DNA of 64,000 nt, taken from positions 1 to 64,000 of the forward strand of contig JAVBWN010000025.1 of NCBI GenBank assembly GCA_036677365.1, in the 5' to 3' direction. Below the pieces are notes generated by a model. It was given only the letters and a program-made list of their open reading frames with translations. It did no database searches and was not told where the DNA came from. Of the stretch, positions 31,848-42,100 are shown piece after piece; position 1 is the stretch's first letter; each line of letters begins with the position of its first letter. The position numbers and the translations under genes were made by a program. Origin of the DNA: Acholeplasma sp. GTDB lineage: Bacteria; Bacillota_I; Bacilli_A; Acholeplasmatales; UBA5453.

Positions 31848-32768
31848 ATGCGAAATCGTAAAGCAACCATTCAAAAATTCTTTTTAGGGAGACATTTCAC
31901 CGATGGCATCTTATTTAAAGTTGCGATCTATGTCTTATTGATTTCGATTGGGTTTGTGTATTTATACCCAATGCTTTATATGATATCCAACAGCTTAAAG
32001 AGTCAAAGTGACATCATCAATCCGATGATCAACTGGATCCCTTCAGAGTTCTTTATGGGCAATTATCAAAGTGCATTTAGGGTATTAAATTACTTCAGTA
32101 CTTTTTATAAGAGCTTATTGGTAACATTATTACCTGCTTTGATTCAAACCGCAGTGACTTCCCTCATTGGTTATGGGTTCGCAACCTTCAACTTCAAGTT
32201 TAAAAAAGTGTGGTTGGTATTGGTGCTACTCACCTTCATCATCCCACCTCAAGTGTATATGATTCCAAGGTATGTGATGTTCTTTAGGCTATATTTATAT
32301 AGAACCCCATTTTCAATCATCTTACCGGCGTTATTTGGTCAAGGCCTCAATTCCGCCATCTTCATTTTGATTTTCTATCAGTTCTTTAGAATGATTCCCA
32401 GATCATTAAATGAAGCCGCTGAAATTGATGGGGCGAGCCAAGGGTATATCTTCTTCAAAATGGCAGTACCACTATCGGTGCCTGCGTACATCACTAGTTT
32501 CTTGTTTGGCTTGGTCTGGTACTGGAATGAAACGTATATTTCGTCTTTATTCCTAGATTCCAGCAGTGCCAATCTACAACTCAAGTTGGCGAATTTCGTC
32601 TCTGAATACCAGGCGGTATCGGGCGGGAATCAAAACTTAGTCATGCTCAATGAAGGTGTCCGCTTGGCGGCGACCTTACTCATCATCTTGCCGATGATCC
32701 TCGTCTACTTCACGATGCAACGCTGGTTCGTCGAAGGGGTCGAAAAGACCGGCATCACAGGAGAATAA
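31848..32768 (+). CDS. Carbohydrate ABC transporter permease (second MalG-like)
   Basis: LNEAAEIDGA EAA loop; ATG after AAGGAGG. Confidence 0.92.
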   Translation: MRNRKATIQKFFLGRHFTDGILFKVAIYVLLISIGFVYLYPMLYMISNSLKSQSDIINPMINWIPSEFFMGNYQSAFRVLNYFSTFYKSLLVTLLPALIQTAVTSLIGYGFATFNFKFKKVWLVLVLLTFIIPPQVYMIPRYVMFFRLYLYRTPFSIILPALFGQGLNSAIFILIFYQFFRMIPRSLNEAAEIDGASQGYIFFKMAVPLSVPAYITSFLFGLVWYWNETYISSLFLDSSSANLQLKLANFVSEYQAVSGGNQNLVMLNEGVRLAATLLIILPMILVYFTMQRWFVEGVEKTGITGE

Positions 32769-32770
32769 TC

Positions 32771-34117
32771 ATGAAAAAACTATTATTAATCGCGTTGGCT
32801 TTACTCACCATCACCGGCTTATACGGGTGTGGTGGGGGCAGTAAAGACCCATTCCCAGTCAATACGAAGAGTTACCGTACCGACGTCAGACAAGATGTCG
32901 ACGCGGTCGTGCTAGAAGAATTAGAACTCGCATTTGATTTTTTTTGGGAAACACAAAATACCAACACCACCCAAGCGGGTTATGGGTTAATTCCTGACCG
33001 CTACCATACCAATACCAATCAGATTGGTACTGTCGCGTCCATCGCCTCGGTCGGTTTTGGTTTAACCGCCATCCCAATTGGTGTTGAAAATGGCTTCATT
33101 ACGAGAGAAGAAGGCGAAGAACGCGCTTACCAAACCCTCGTATCGATGAGCAATCTCGACAGACGACATGGATTTTTCTTCCATTTCATGGACATGAAAA
33201 CCGGGGCGCGTGTTTGGGAAAGCGAAGTTTCCATCATCGATACCGCACTATTCATCAATGGGGCATTAACCGCAGGTCGTTTCTTTGGTGGTAGAACGGA
33301 AAAATTATCGAGAGAACTTTATGAAGCGATTGAATGGAATTGGTATTACGATGCCAGCCAAAGTCGTTTTTACATGGGTTATTGGCCAGAACGTGGTTTT
33401 GAAGGACATTGGGATTCATACGCTGAACAATTGATGTTGTATGTATTAGCCGCTGGCAGTCCAACTTATCCAGTGGGAAAGAGTGCCTATAACCGCATGA
33501 AGTTATCATCCACCCTACACTCTTCAACCCCAGAATACGGTGCATTTTATTCAACGCATACAGGCAGTTTATTCACACACCAATATTCACACGCTTGGAT
33601 TGATTTTTCTCAGTACAACGACGCCCAAGGGTTCAATTGGTTCACCAACAGTGTTCACGCCACAGAAGCAGCGATTGCTTACGCAAAAACACTGACAAAC
33701 ATTCACCCAGGTATCCATGAAAATTCTTGGGGCATGTCGGCAGCCGATGGTCCAAATGGTTATCGTGGTAATTATGGTAGCGGTCCATCCGCTGGCAATG
33801 CCCATTTCAACGATGGAACCGTACCAGCGTATGGTGCGATTGGGTCGATTGTCTTCAAACCTGAAGCAGCCATCGCCGCGATGAACAACTACCGCACCTT
33901 CCCACAATTTTTTAGTAAATATGGCTTTAAGGATGCGTATAACTTAAGTGTCGGCGTCAATGGTTGGTTCGCTAATGACATCATTGGCATCGATAAAGGG
34001 ATTTCCCTCGTCATGTTAGAAAACTACATGTCCGGTATGGTATGGAAAATCCACATGGAAATTGACTATATCGAAATCGGTTTAGAAAATCTTGGATTCA
34101 CCAAAGTAACAGAATAA
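32771..34117 (+). CDS. GH144 ('glucoamylase family') putative endo-beta-1,2-glucanase, lipoprotein
   Basis: Lipobox LYGC; GLIPDR, SIASVGFGL, HGFFFHF, SIIDTA, LFTHQYSHAW, YGFKDAYN, IGIDKG. Confidence 0.8.
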   Translation: MKKLLLIALALLTITGLYGCGGGSKDPFPVNTKSYRTDVRQDVDAVVLEELELAFDFFWETQNTNTTQAGYGLIPDRYHTNTNQIGTVASIASVGFGLTAIPIGVENGFITREEGEERAYQTLVSMSNLDRRHGFFFHFMDMKTGARVWESEVSIIDTALFINGALTAGRFFGGRTEKLSRELYEAIEWNWYYDASQSRFYMGYWPERGFEGHWDSYAEQLMLYVLAAGSPTYPVGKSAYNRMKLSSTLHSSTPEYGAFYSTHTGSLFTHQYSHAWIDFSQYNDAQGFNWFTNSVHATEAAIAYAKTLTNIHPGIHENSWGMSAADGPNGYRGNYGSGPSAGNAHFNDGTVPAYGAIGSIVFKPEAAIAAMNNYRTFPQFFSKYGFKDAYNLSVGVNGWFANDIIGIDKGISLVMLENYMSGMVWKIHMEIDYIEIGLENLGFTKVTE

Positions 34118-34125
34118 AAAAATGA

Positions 34126-34200
34126 CCCAATAAAGCCTAGGGTTTCAGTTGAAAACCCTAGGCAATTGGGGTAAAATATATGAGGTTAAACGTTTCAATT
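34126..34200 (+). promoter_or_regulatory. Hairpin overlapping an internal promoter, plus LacI-type operator
   Basis: gcctagggttt/aaaccctaggc stem; TTGAAA(34149)-17-TAAAAT(34172); ttaaacgtttcaa downstream. Confidence 0.65.
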
Positions 34201-34216
34201 TAACCAGGAGTGGACT

Positions 34217-35449
34217 ATGAAAAACCAATTGCTCATCGAGCGCATTCAAAAAACAGCCTTTGATTTTTTTATGGGAGAAACCAATTTTAACCCTGAACCC
34301 GGGTTCGGGATGACCGTCGATCACACCGAAAAACCCAACGTCGCTTCCATCGCTTCGGTTGGTTTTACATTATCAGCTTATGTCGTCGGTGTTTCACAAG
34401 GCTACATCGATTTAGAGGACGCTACTGAAAAGGTCATCCGAACGTTAACCACGCTGCGCGATCACGTCAGTCATTATCGTGGTTTTTTCGCCCACTTCAT
34501 CGATATCCATACCGCACAAAGACTTGGTCATTGTGAGTATTCAACCATCGATACCGCCCTCGCACTCAATGGTGTCATCACTGTCGATGCGTATTTTAAG
34601 AACGAAACGATTCATCAATTAGCGAAAGACATCATCGGTCGCATTGATTTTGATATGCTCATTCACACCCACGAAGGTAAGCCAAGGTTATACATGGCGT
34701 ATAATCCCGACAAAGATGGCGATTATGTCCATGGTAAACCGGGATTTATTCACCACTGGGGCATGTATGCAGAACAACTCATGATGTATGTCATGATTGC
34801 AGGACTCCACCACGACCACAACCTGTCCAATGCCTTATATGAAGGCTTTGACCGTATCTATAAATCGTATCAACAACACAAATTCATCATCACCCCAGGC
34901 AATACCTTGTTCGTATATCAATTTCCACTGGCTTGGTTAGATTTAAAAAACGTGATTGACCGAGACGGTATTTCTTGGTTTGATAACACCAAAAAAGCGA
35001 CCTATGCCCACCGTGCGTTTTGTTTAAGACACCAAAAAGAATTCAAGACATTCAATCAGTATAGTTTTGGTTTGACCGCCGGGTATACACCTACGGGGTA
35101 TTATGTCGCCAATGCCTTACCAAACTTGTTGGGTAAATACTATACGAATGGCACGATTTCACCTTCAGCCATTGTCGGTAGCCTACCGATGGCAGAAGAC
35201 ATTTGTCTACCGGCCATCAAGCATATGGCAAAACAACCAAAACTTTGGGGAAAATATGGTTTGGTGGGGTCTTATAACTATGAACAAGGGGTTTGGATTT
35301 CAACCAGAGATTATGCCTTAGATAAAGGCTTAGAACTCTTGATGGCCAATGCTTATTTAACAAAAGATGTTCAAAAAGCCTACATGAGTCATCCAATCAT
35401 TCAAAAAGGGATGGAGGTATTGGGATGGAAAAAAATCGAAAAGAAGTAG
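34217..35449 (+). CDS. Second GH144-family protein, cytoplasmic
   Basis: Paralog of the previous gene (SIASVGF, GFFAHF, STIDTA, YAEQLM, LFVYQ, LDKG), no signal peptide. Confidence 0.78.
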   Translation: MKNQLLIERIQKTAFDFFMGETNFNPEPGFGMTVDHTEKPNVASIASVGFTLSAYVVGVSQGYIDLEDATEKVIRTLTTLRDHVSHYRGFFAHFIDIHTAQRLGHCEYSTIDTALALNGVITVDAYFKNETIHQLAKDIIGRIDFDMLIHTHEGKPRLYMAYNPDKDGDYVHGKPGFIHHWGMYAEQLMMYVMIAGLHHDHNLSNALYEGFDRIYKSYQQHKFIITPGNTLFVYQFPLAWLDLKNVIDRDGISWFDNTKKATYAHRAFCLRHQKEFKTFNQYSFGLTAGYTPTGYYVANALPNLLGKYYTNGTISPSAIVGSLPMAEDICLPAIKHMAKQPKLWGKYGLVGSYNYEQGVWISTRDYALDKGLELLMANAYLTKDVQKAYMSHPIIQKGMEVLGWKKIEKK

Positions 35450-37011
35450 TCTATCAAATCTACCCACTCTCCTTTAAAGATACCAACCATGACGGGATTG
35501 GTGATATCCCTGGGATCACCTCAGAACTCGATTACTTAAAGGATTTGGGCGTCGATGTCATCTGGTTATCCCCAGTGTATCAATCACCGATGGACGACAA
35601 TGGGTATGATATTTCGAATTATTATGAAATCAATCCGATGTTTGGTACAAAATCGGACTTAATGATTTTATTACAAACCGCCCATCAAAAAGGATTAAAA
35701 GTCATCATGGATTTGGTTTTGAACCATACCTCCGATGAACATGTGTGGTTCAAAGAAGCGCTCAAAGGCAAAGATAGCCCATATTATGATTACTATATTT
35801 GGTCCAAAATACCTTCAGACATCACTTCGGTATTCAGTGGGTCTGCTTGGCAGTTTGTACCTCATTTAAATGAATATTATTTTCACTTATTTAGTGTCAA
35901 ACAACCCGATTTGAATTGGCAAAATCGAAAACTCAGACATGAAGTTTATCAGATGATCAACTATTGGCTGGATTTGGGTTTTGATGGTTTTAGACTTGAT
36001 GTCATCGATTTGATTGGCAAAGATGTCCATCAAAAAAAACTCGCTGATGGACCTTACCTTGAAGCGTATTTAGATGAACTCTATGAACAATGTTTTAAAG
36101 GGAAAGATGTCTTTACCGTGGGCGAAATGCCTGGCATCTCATTGAAGCGAGCCAACGAAATCACAGCCAATCAAAAAGCCCTCGATATGGTGTTTCAGTT
36201 TGACCACATCGCATTGGATGAAGTACCTGGTCAAGGCAAATGGGTTTTGAAAAAGCTAGACTTACAAGCTTTAAAACAAACCTTAAATCATACCCAACAA
36301 TTGTTTAAAAACCAAGGTTGGGCGAGTTTGTTTTGGTCAAACCATGACCAACCTAGGGCGGTATCCCGCTATGGGAATCCCAAAGAGCCTTACCGTAAGG
36401 ACAGTGCGAAAATGCTTTTTACACTATTATTTGGCATGAAAGGGACACCATACATCTATCAAGGTGAAGAGTTTGGTATGACTGGGATCCAATTACCCAT
36501 CGAAGATTACCGTGACATCGAAACCAAAAATATTTATCAAGAATTAAAGACCAAAGGCTGGCCTGAAGCCGATATTATGAATTCGATTTACACAAAAGGC
36601 AGAGACAACTCCAGAACCCCGATGCAATGGAATGACATGAGATTTTCGGGTTTTTCGAGTGTAAAACCGTGGTTGACAGTCAATCCAAATTATACGTATA
36701 TCAACCGTGACTTAGATCAAAAAGATTCAGAAGGGATTTTAAAATACGTCAAAACATTACTAAAAATAAGAAAGCAGTACGATGTATTTACCACAGGTGA
36801 GTTCCATTTGTTAGAGCCATATCACCCACAATTGTTCATCTATGAACGCTTAACTCAAGAAGAACGCGTGGTTATCATTTGTAATTGGACCGAAGACACC
36901 GTACCAAACCCTGTCGATATATCTAAAATGACGGTGTTATTATCAAATAGTGACAAACATGACAGGCTAAAACCTTATTACGCAAGTATATTTTATGAGA
37001 AGAGGGATTGA
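35425..37011 (+). CDS. GH13 oligo-1,6-/alpha-glucosidase
   Basis: YQIYP.SF.D, DNGYDIS, DLVLNHTS, QPDLNW, GFRLDVI, VGE, NHDQ. Confidence 0.92.
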   Translation: MEKNRKEVVYQIYPLSFKDTNHDGIGDIPGITSELDYLKDLGVDVIWLSPVYQSPMDDNGYDISNYYEINPMFGTKSDLMILLQTAHQKGLKVIMDLVLNHTSDEHVWFKEALKGKDSPYYDYYIWSKIPSDITSVFSGSAWQFVPHLNEYYFHLFSVKQPDLNWQNRKLRHEVYQMINYWLDLGFDGFRLDVIDLIGKDVHQKKLADGPYLEAYLDELYEQCFKGKDVFTVGEMPGISLKRANEITANQKALDMVFQFDHIALDEVPGQGKWVLKKLDLQALKQTLNHTQQLFKNQGWASLFWSNHDQPRAVSRYGNPKEPYRKDSAKMLFTLLFGMKGTPYIYQGEEFGMTGIQLPIEDYRDIETKNIYQELKTKGWPEADIMNSIYTKGRDNSRTPMQWNDMRFSGFSSVKPWLTVNPNYTYINRDLDQKDSEGILKYVKTLLKIRKQYDVFTTGEFHLLEPYHPQLFIYERLTQEERVVIICNWTEDTVPNPVDISKMTVLLSNSDKHDRLKPYYASIFYEKRD

Positions 37012-37012
37012 G

Positions 37013-39139
37013 ATGAAATCCATAGAACAATTGATGCAAAATCTTACCATTGAAGAAAAAATCGGACAGTTGATGCAACTGGCACCCTTTTTCTTCATCG
37101 GTGATTTGAAAAAAGAAGTATATGGCCCCATCCAAGCGTTGGGTTTAAAAGAGTCGGAAGTCTTTTTATCGGGGTCTGTCTTAGGCATCGGTAGTGCTTC
37201 AGAAATGAAAAGCGTCCAGCAAGCTTATTTAGATAAAAGTAGACACAAAATCCCCCTCATATTCATGGCAGATATTATCCATGGCTATAAAACCATATTT
37301 CCAGTTCCCCTCGCGATGGCAGCGTCATTCAACCCTGAATTAGTTAAAAAAGCGGCACGCATTTCAGCTTTAGAAGCACAAACCGCAGGCATCCACGTGA
37401 CATTCTCACCGATGGCGGATTTGTCTCGTGATCCCCGTTGGGGCAGGGTGGTTGAAGGGTTTGGTGAAGACCCTTATTTAAACCAAGTGTATGCGAAAGC
37501 GATGGTTGAAGGTTATCAACACGATGGTATTGACAAAGTCGGTAATCTTGCGAGTTGTGTCAAGCACTTCGCTGCCTATGGTGCGAGTGAAGCGGGACGC
37601 GACTATAATACGGTCGATATGTCAAGGTTGAATTTACACCAATACTATATGTCTGGTTATAAATCAGCTGTAGAAGCTGGGGCACGTTTGGTGATGACCT
37701 CATTTAACATTTTAGAAGGCGTTCCAGCCACACAAAATAAGTATTTACTCAGAGATGTCTTAAAAGACCAATGGGGTTTTGATGGGGTGGTCATTTCAGA
37801 CTACGATTCCTTGAGACAAACCATTGAACACGGCACCTCAGAAAACGACCGTGAAGCCGCTAAAAAAGCGATTTTGGGTGGGCTAGACATTGAAATGGCA
37901 ACCTCATCTTATGTATTAAATCTCAAATCGTTAATTGAATCCAATGAAGTACCGATGGCTTTACTGGATGACTCGGTTTATCGTGTACTCAAACTCAAAC
38001 AAGATTTGGGTTTATTCGAAGACCCATTCAAAGGGGCCGATGAACTCAAAGAACAATCGTTAGTTTTATCTAAAGCGCATAAACAAATGGCTCTAGAAGT
38101 GGCGAGAGAGTCGATGGTTTTACTTAAAAATGAGGGTATTTTACCATTAAAGAAGACTCAAAAAGTGGCTTTAATGGGTGAATACGCGACTTTAACCGAT
38201 ACGATTGGTCCATGGCACTGGCACGGTCGACATGAAGACTGTATACCGCTTTATGAAGCGATATCCGAGTATACTAAACCAGTGCTCGTTTCCAATCAAA
38301 ACACGCTTTCGAACTTAAGCGTAATGGAACACAATACTTTAATGACATCGGATGTTGTTATTGTGGCGGTTGGTGAACACAAGATTGAATCGGGTGAAGC
38401 CCATTCTAAAGTCAACATCACACTAAAACCACAAGATGAATCTTTGATCGAAGCCTTATACCAATTAGGCAAAAAAGTCGTTTTGGTATTATTCCACGGT
38501 AGACCACTCGTACTATCACAGGTAGAGCCGAAAGTGAGTGCGATTTTAGATACATTCTTCTTAGGAACGATGTCTCAACAAGCCATCGCCGAAACGTTGT
38601 TTGGTTTGAATAACCCATCGGGTAAACTCACGATGAGTTACCCAAGACATGTGGGTCAAATCCCAATTTATTACAATCATTTGAATACAGGGAGACCCTT
38701 TAAAAACGATGGGAACCCATTCACATCGTTTTATTTAGATGAACAAAATACCCCACTGTATCCCTTTGGATTTGGCTTATCCTATAGCACATTCAAACTC
38801 ACTAACTTATCTGTTTCAAGCCTAACCATATCAAAAGCGGATACCATCACGGTTTCAATCGATGTTGAAAATACATCCTCGGTGGATGGGTATGAAACGG
38901 TTCAACTTTACATTAGAGATTACAGTGCAGAGGTGTCCAGACCAGTTCAAGAGTTGAAGCAATTCAAAAAAGTCTGGTTGAAATCGAACCAAAAAGCCGT
39001 TGTTTCATTCCAACTCACCGTCAAAGACTTGGGTTATGTACATTCAGATTTGAGTGTCCAAGCTGACCCTGGTAAGTTCAGCATTCAAGTTGGAAACGCA
39101 TCGAATCAGGTCTTAAAGACCGACATCACTTTGATTTAG
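37013..39139 (+). CDS. GH3 beta-glucosidase (BglX-like)
   Basis: RDPRWGR..EGFGEDP, VKHFAAYG, VISDY nucleophile, C-terminal Fn3-like domain. Confidence 0.92.
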   Translation: MKSIEQLMQNLTIEEKIGQLMQLAPFFFIGDLKKEVYGPIQALGLKESEVFLSGSVLGIGSASEMKSVQQAYLDKSRHKIPLIFMADIIHGYKTIFPVPLAMAASFNPELVKKAARISALEAQTAGIHVTFSPMADLSRDPRWGRVVEGFGEDPYLNQVYAKAMVEGYQHDGIDKVGNLASCVKHFAAYGASEAGRDYNTVDMSRLNLHQYYMSGYKSAVEAGARLVMTSFNILEGVPATQNKYLLRDVLKDQWGFDGVVISDYDSLRQTIEHGTSENDREAAKKAILGGLDIEMATSSYVLNLKSLIESNEVPMALLDDSVYRVLKLKQDLGLFEDPFKGADELKEQSLVLSKAHKQMALEVARESMVLLKNEGILPLKKTQKVALMGEYATLTDTIGPWHWHGRHEDCIPLYEAISEYTKPVLVSNQNTLSNLSVMEHNTLMTSDVVIVAVGEHKIESGEAHSKVNITLKPQDESLIEALYQLGKKVVLVLFHGRPLVLSQVEPKVSAILDTFFLGTMSQQAIAETLFGLNNPSGKLTMSYPRHVGQIPIYYNHLNTGRPFKNDGNPFTSFYLDEQNTPLYPFGFGLSYSTFKLTNLSVSSLTISKADTITVSIDVENTSSVDGYETVQLYIRDYSAEVSRPVQELKQFKKVWLKSNQKAVVSFQLTVKDLGYVHSDLSVQADPGKFSIQVGNASNQVLKTDITLI

Positions 39140-39152
39140 GAGGCCATCACTT

Positions 39153-42100
39153 ATGCAACTAAAAATGGATATTAAAAAGCATTTACTCTCCAGCAATGAT
39201 TTGGTTTTTGAACTGCTCGAAAGTGGCGATTTATTTAGAATCCGCTACCACCACAATCAAATCAACCTTTTACGTGGTAATTTGATTGAAGGTAGCGTCT
39301 CAAACCTATATTTAAGACGTTTCCATGCAGGGAAATACAGCTATAAAAAACTCTTAGGGGTGCAATCCAACGCTGCTTTTGAAATCGTTGGTAATCAGGC
39401 GGTATATCAAGGCCAAGCCTTTGGTATCGATTATCAAGTGGTGTTATCACTACACGGTCACGCTTGGGTTTATGACGTTTTGTTGGGTAAAAAGACCTTA
39501 GAGGGTGTCTATGACCTATTTTATGGTCAAGATGTGGGTATCGCATCGACAGGTTCGATTCTCGCCTCTGAAGCCTATACCGCACAATACATTGACCATC
39601 AATCGTTTAAAGATCAATTCGGGTACACCATTTGTTCTAGACAAAACCAAGGCGATACCCAGGTACTTCAAATCGGTTCACTCACCAAAAACATCGGTTT
39701 CGTGACCGATGGCACACAATTCTTTGGGTTATCTTATAAAAAAACCAATGAACCCAAAGCGTTATTTGAACCTAAATTGGCGAATGAAAATTACCAATAT
39801 GAGTTTCCATACATTACCTTACAATCCGAACCATTGAAACTCAATCAACCGACCTCGGTTGTCTTTTATGGGTACTATAAACCGCTCCATGAGGGGATTG
39901 TTTCACAAAAGTTTAATGTCTTGGATGACTATAATTTCATCAAATCATTTTACCGTTTGACCCAACCGAAAAAAGTTAAACCCTTCATCGGTATGGAAGA
40001 TGTCATTGTGGGACAATCGATCGATGAAGCCACACTCAAACAGTGGTATCCAGTTCAAAATCATTTGGAAAAACAAGGTGACGTATTATCGTTTTTTACG
40101 GATCACCACACCCATGTGGTCTTACCATCAAAAGAATTGTTGGTTGAACGACCTCATGGACACATGATCATCCATGGGGATGTATTACACGTTTCTGAAA
40201 AAATCATGGCTCAAACCAACTTCATGTATGGGGTGTTCGCTTCACATGTGGTTTTAGGCAACACAAACTTCCATAAGTTGCTTGGGGTAGTCAGAAACTT
40301 CTTGAATTTAGATAAACTATCTGGGATGAGAATTTATCTTAAAAAAGAGGGCCGTTATCAAATCCTCACCATGCCATCGGTTTATGAAATATCTGTGAAT
40401 GTTTGTAGATGGGTGTATGTCTTAGAGGATGACACCATCGAAGTGATGGTATCGGCGGATAAAGATGAGCTTACACAAAAAATCACATTTAATTCTAAGC
40501 AACAAAAACCTTATGATATTTTGGTGACTCAAGCCTTGGTGATGCACCCACAAGAATATGAAGTGCCTGTACCACTCAAGATTGAAAACAATACATTGGT
40601 GATTGACACCAGTTTGAATGGGTTTATCCATGACCATTACCCAACCCTTCAATACCGTTATCGTGTAGAAGGTTTGACACTATCAGAGGCACGCTTGACA
40701 CAATTTGAAAACTTATCGAATTTCGGTGTCATCACGTTTGATTATGAACAACAAAGCCATTTTGAATTTTTCATCGATGGTACATTTGATACCTTTAAAG
40801 CGGTGGATATTGACCCAGTAGTATCACAACAAAAATTCAATGCGTTCATTGAAAGCTTAACGGGCATAAAGCTTAAACATCCAAAGTTCCAATCCAAACT
40901 CAATGTTTTAAACGAATCGGCCTTTTGGTTTACCCATAACGGCTTGGTTCATTACAGTTCACCCCACGGCTTAGAACAATCGAATGGGGCTGCTTGGGGT
41001 ACCAGAGACATTTGTCAAGGGCCAGCCGAACTCTTTATGGCCGCTTCACGCTATGACATCGTCAGAGAGATTCTCTTAAAAGTCTTTAGACGTCAATTCG
41101 TGGAAGGTGGGGATTTTCCACAATGGTTCATGTTTGATAACTATTACCGCATCCAAGCCCATGAATCCCATGGCGATATCATCATTTGGCCACTAAGAAC
41201 TTTAGGGATTTACTTGAAAGCAACCCGTGATTTATCGATTCTCAATGAACAGGTGCCTTACATGTCTAAAAAAGACAATGCTTTTGTTTGGCCTGAAAAG
41301 ACATTGTTAGATCATATTGTAAGCACACTCGACTGTATAGAAGCCTCATACATCCCCAATACCCACTTGCCACGCTATGGTGGGGGAGACTGGGACGATA
41401 CTTTACAACCAGCAAACCATGATTTAACCTCTAAAATGGTGTCTGGTTGGACGATAGCGTTATTGTATGACGCCTTAAATACCCTTGCCATTGAATTATC
41501 CGATTTACCAGTATCCAAACGACTAAACCAGATGAAAGAAGATATGCAAAAGGATTATGAAACGTATATGGTCAAAGCTGGTGTGCCTGCTGGTTTTATT
41601 GTATTCAATGACAATGGATCCATCGATTATCTACTGCACCCAAGTGACCAACAAACGGGCTTAAAATACCGTTTACTCGCACTTAAACGTCCAATCATAT
41701 CTGAAATGATCGACAAATCACAAGCAACGTCATACAAAGATTTGATTGTTAAAGAGTTGAAGCACCCGGATGGGGTCCGTTTGATGGATACTGCAGTCAC
41801 CTACCGTGGTGGACTAAAAACCTATTTCAGTCGTGCTGAAACCGCAGCGAACTTTGGCCGTGAAATTGGCATTCAATATTGTCATGCCCACATCCGTTTC
41901 ATCGAAGCGATGGCGAAGTTAGGTGAACCAAACCTCGCATTTGAAGCCTTATATACCATCAATCCGATCGATATTCAAAAATCGGTACCTAACGCAAACT
42001 ATCGTCAATCGAACGTTTACTTTTCAAGCAGTGACGCTGCTTTCAAAGACCGTTATGAAGCGAAAAGAGATTTTGAAAAAGTCCGCAAGGGCTTAATTCC

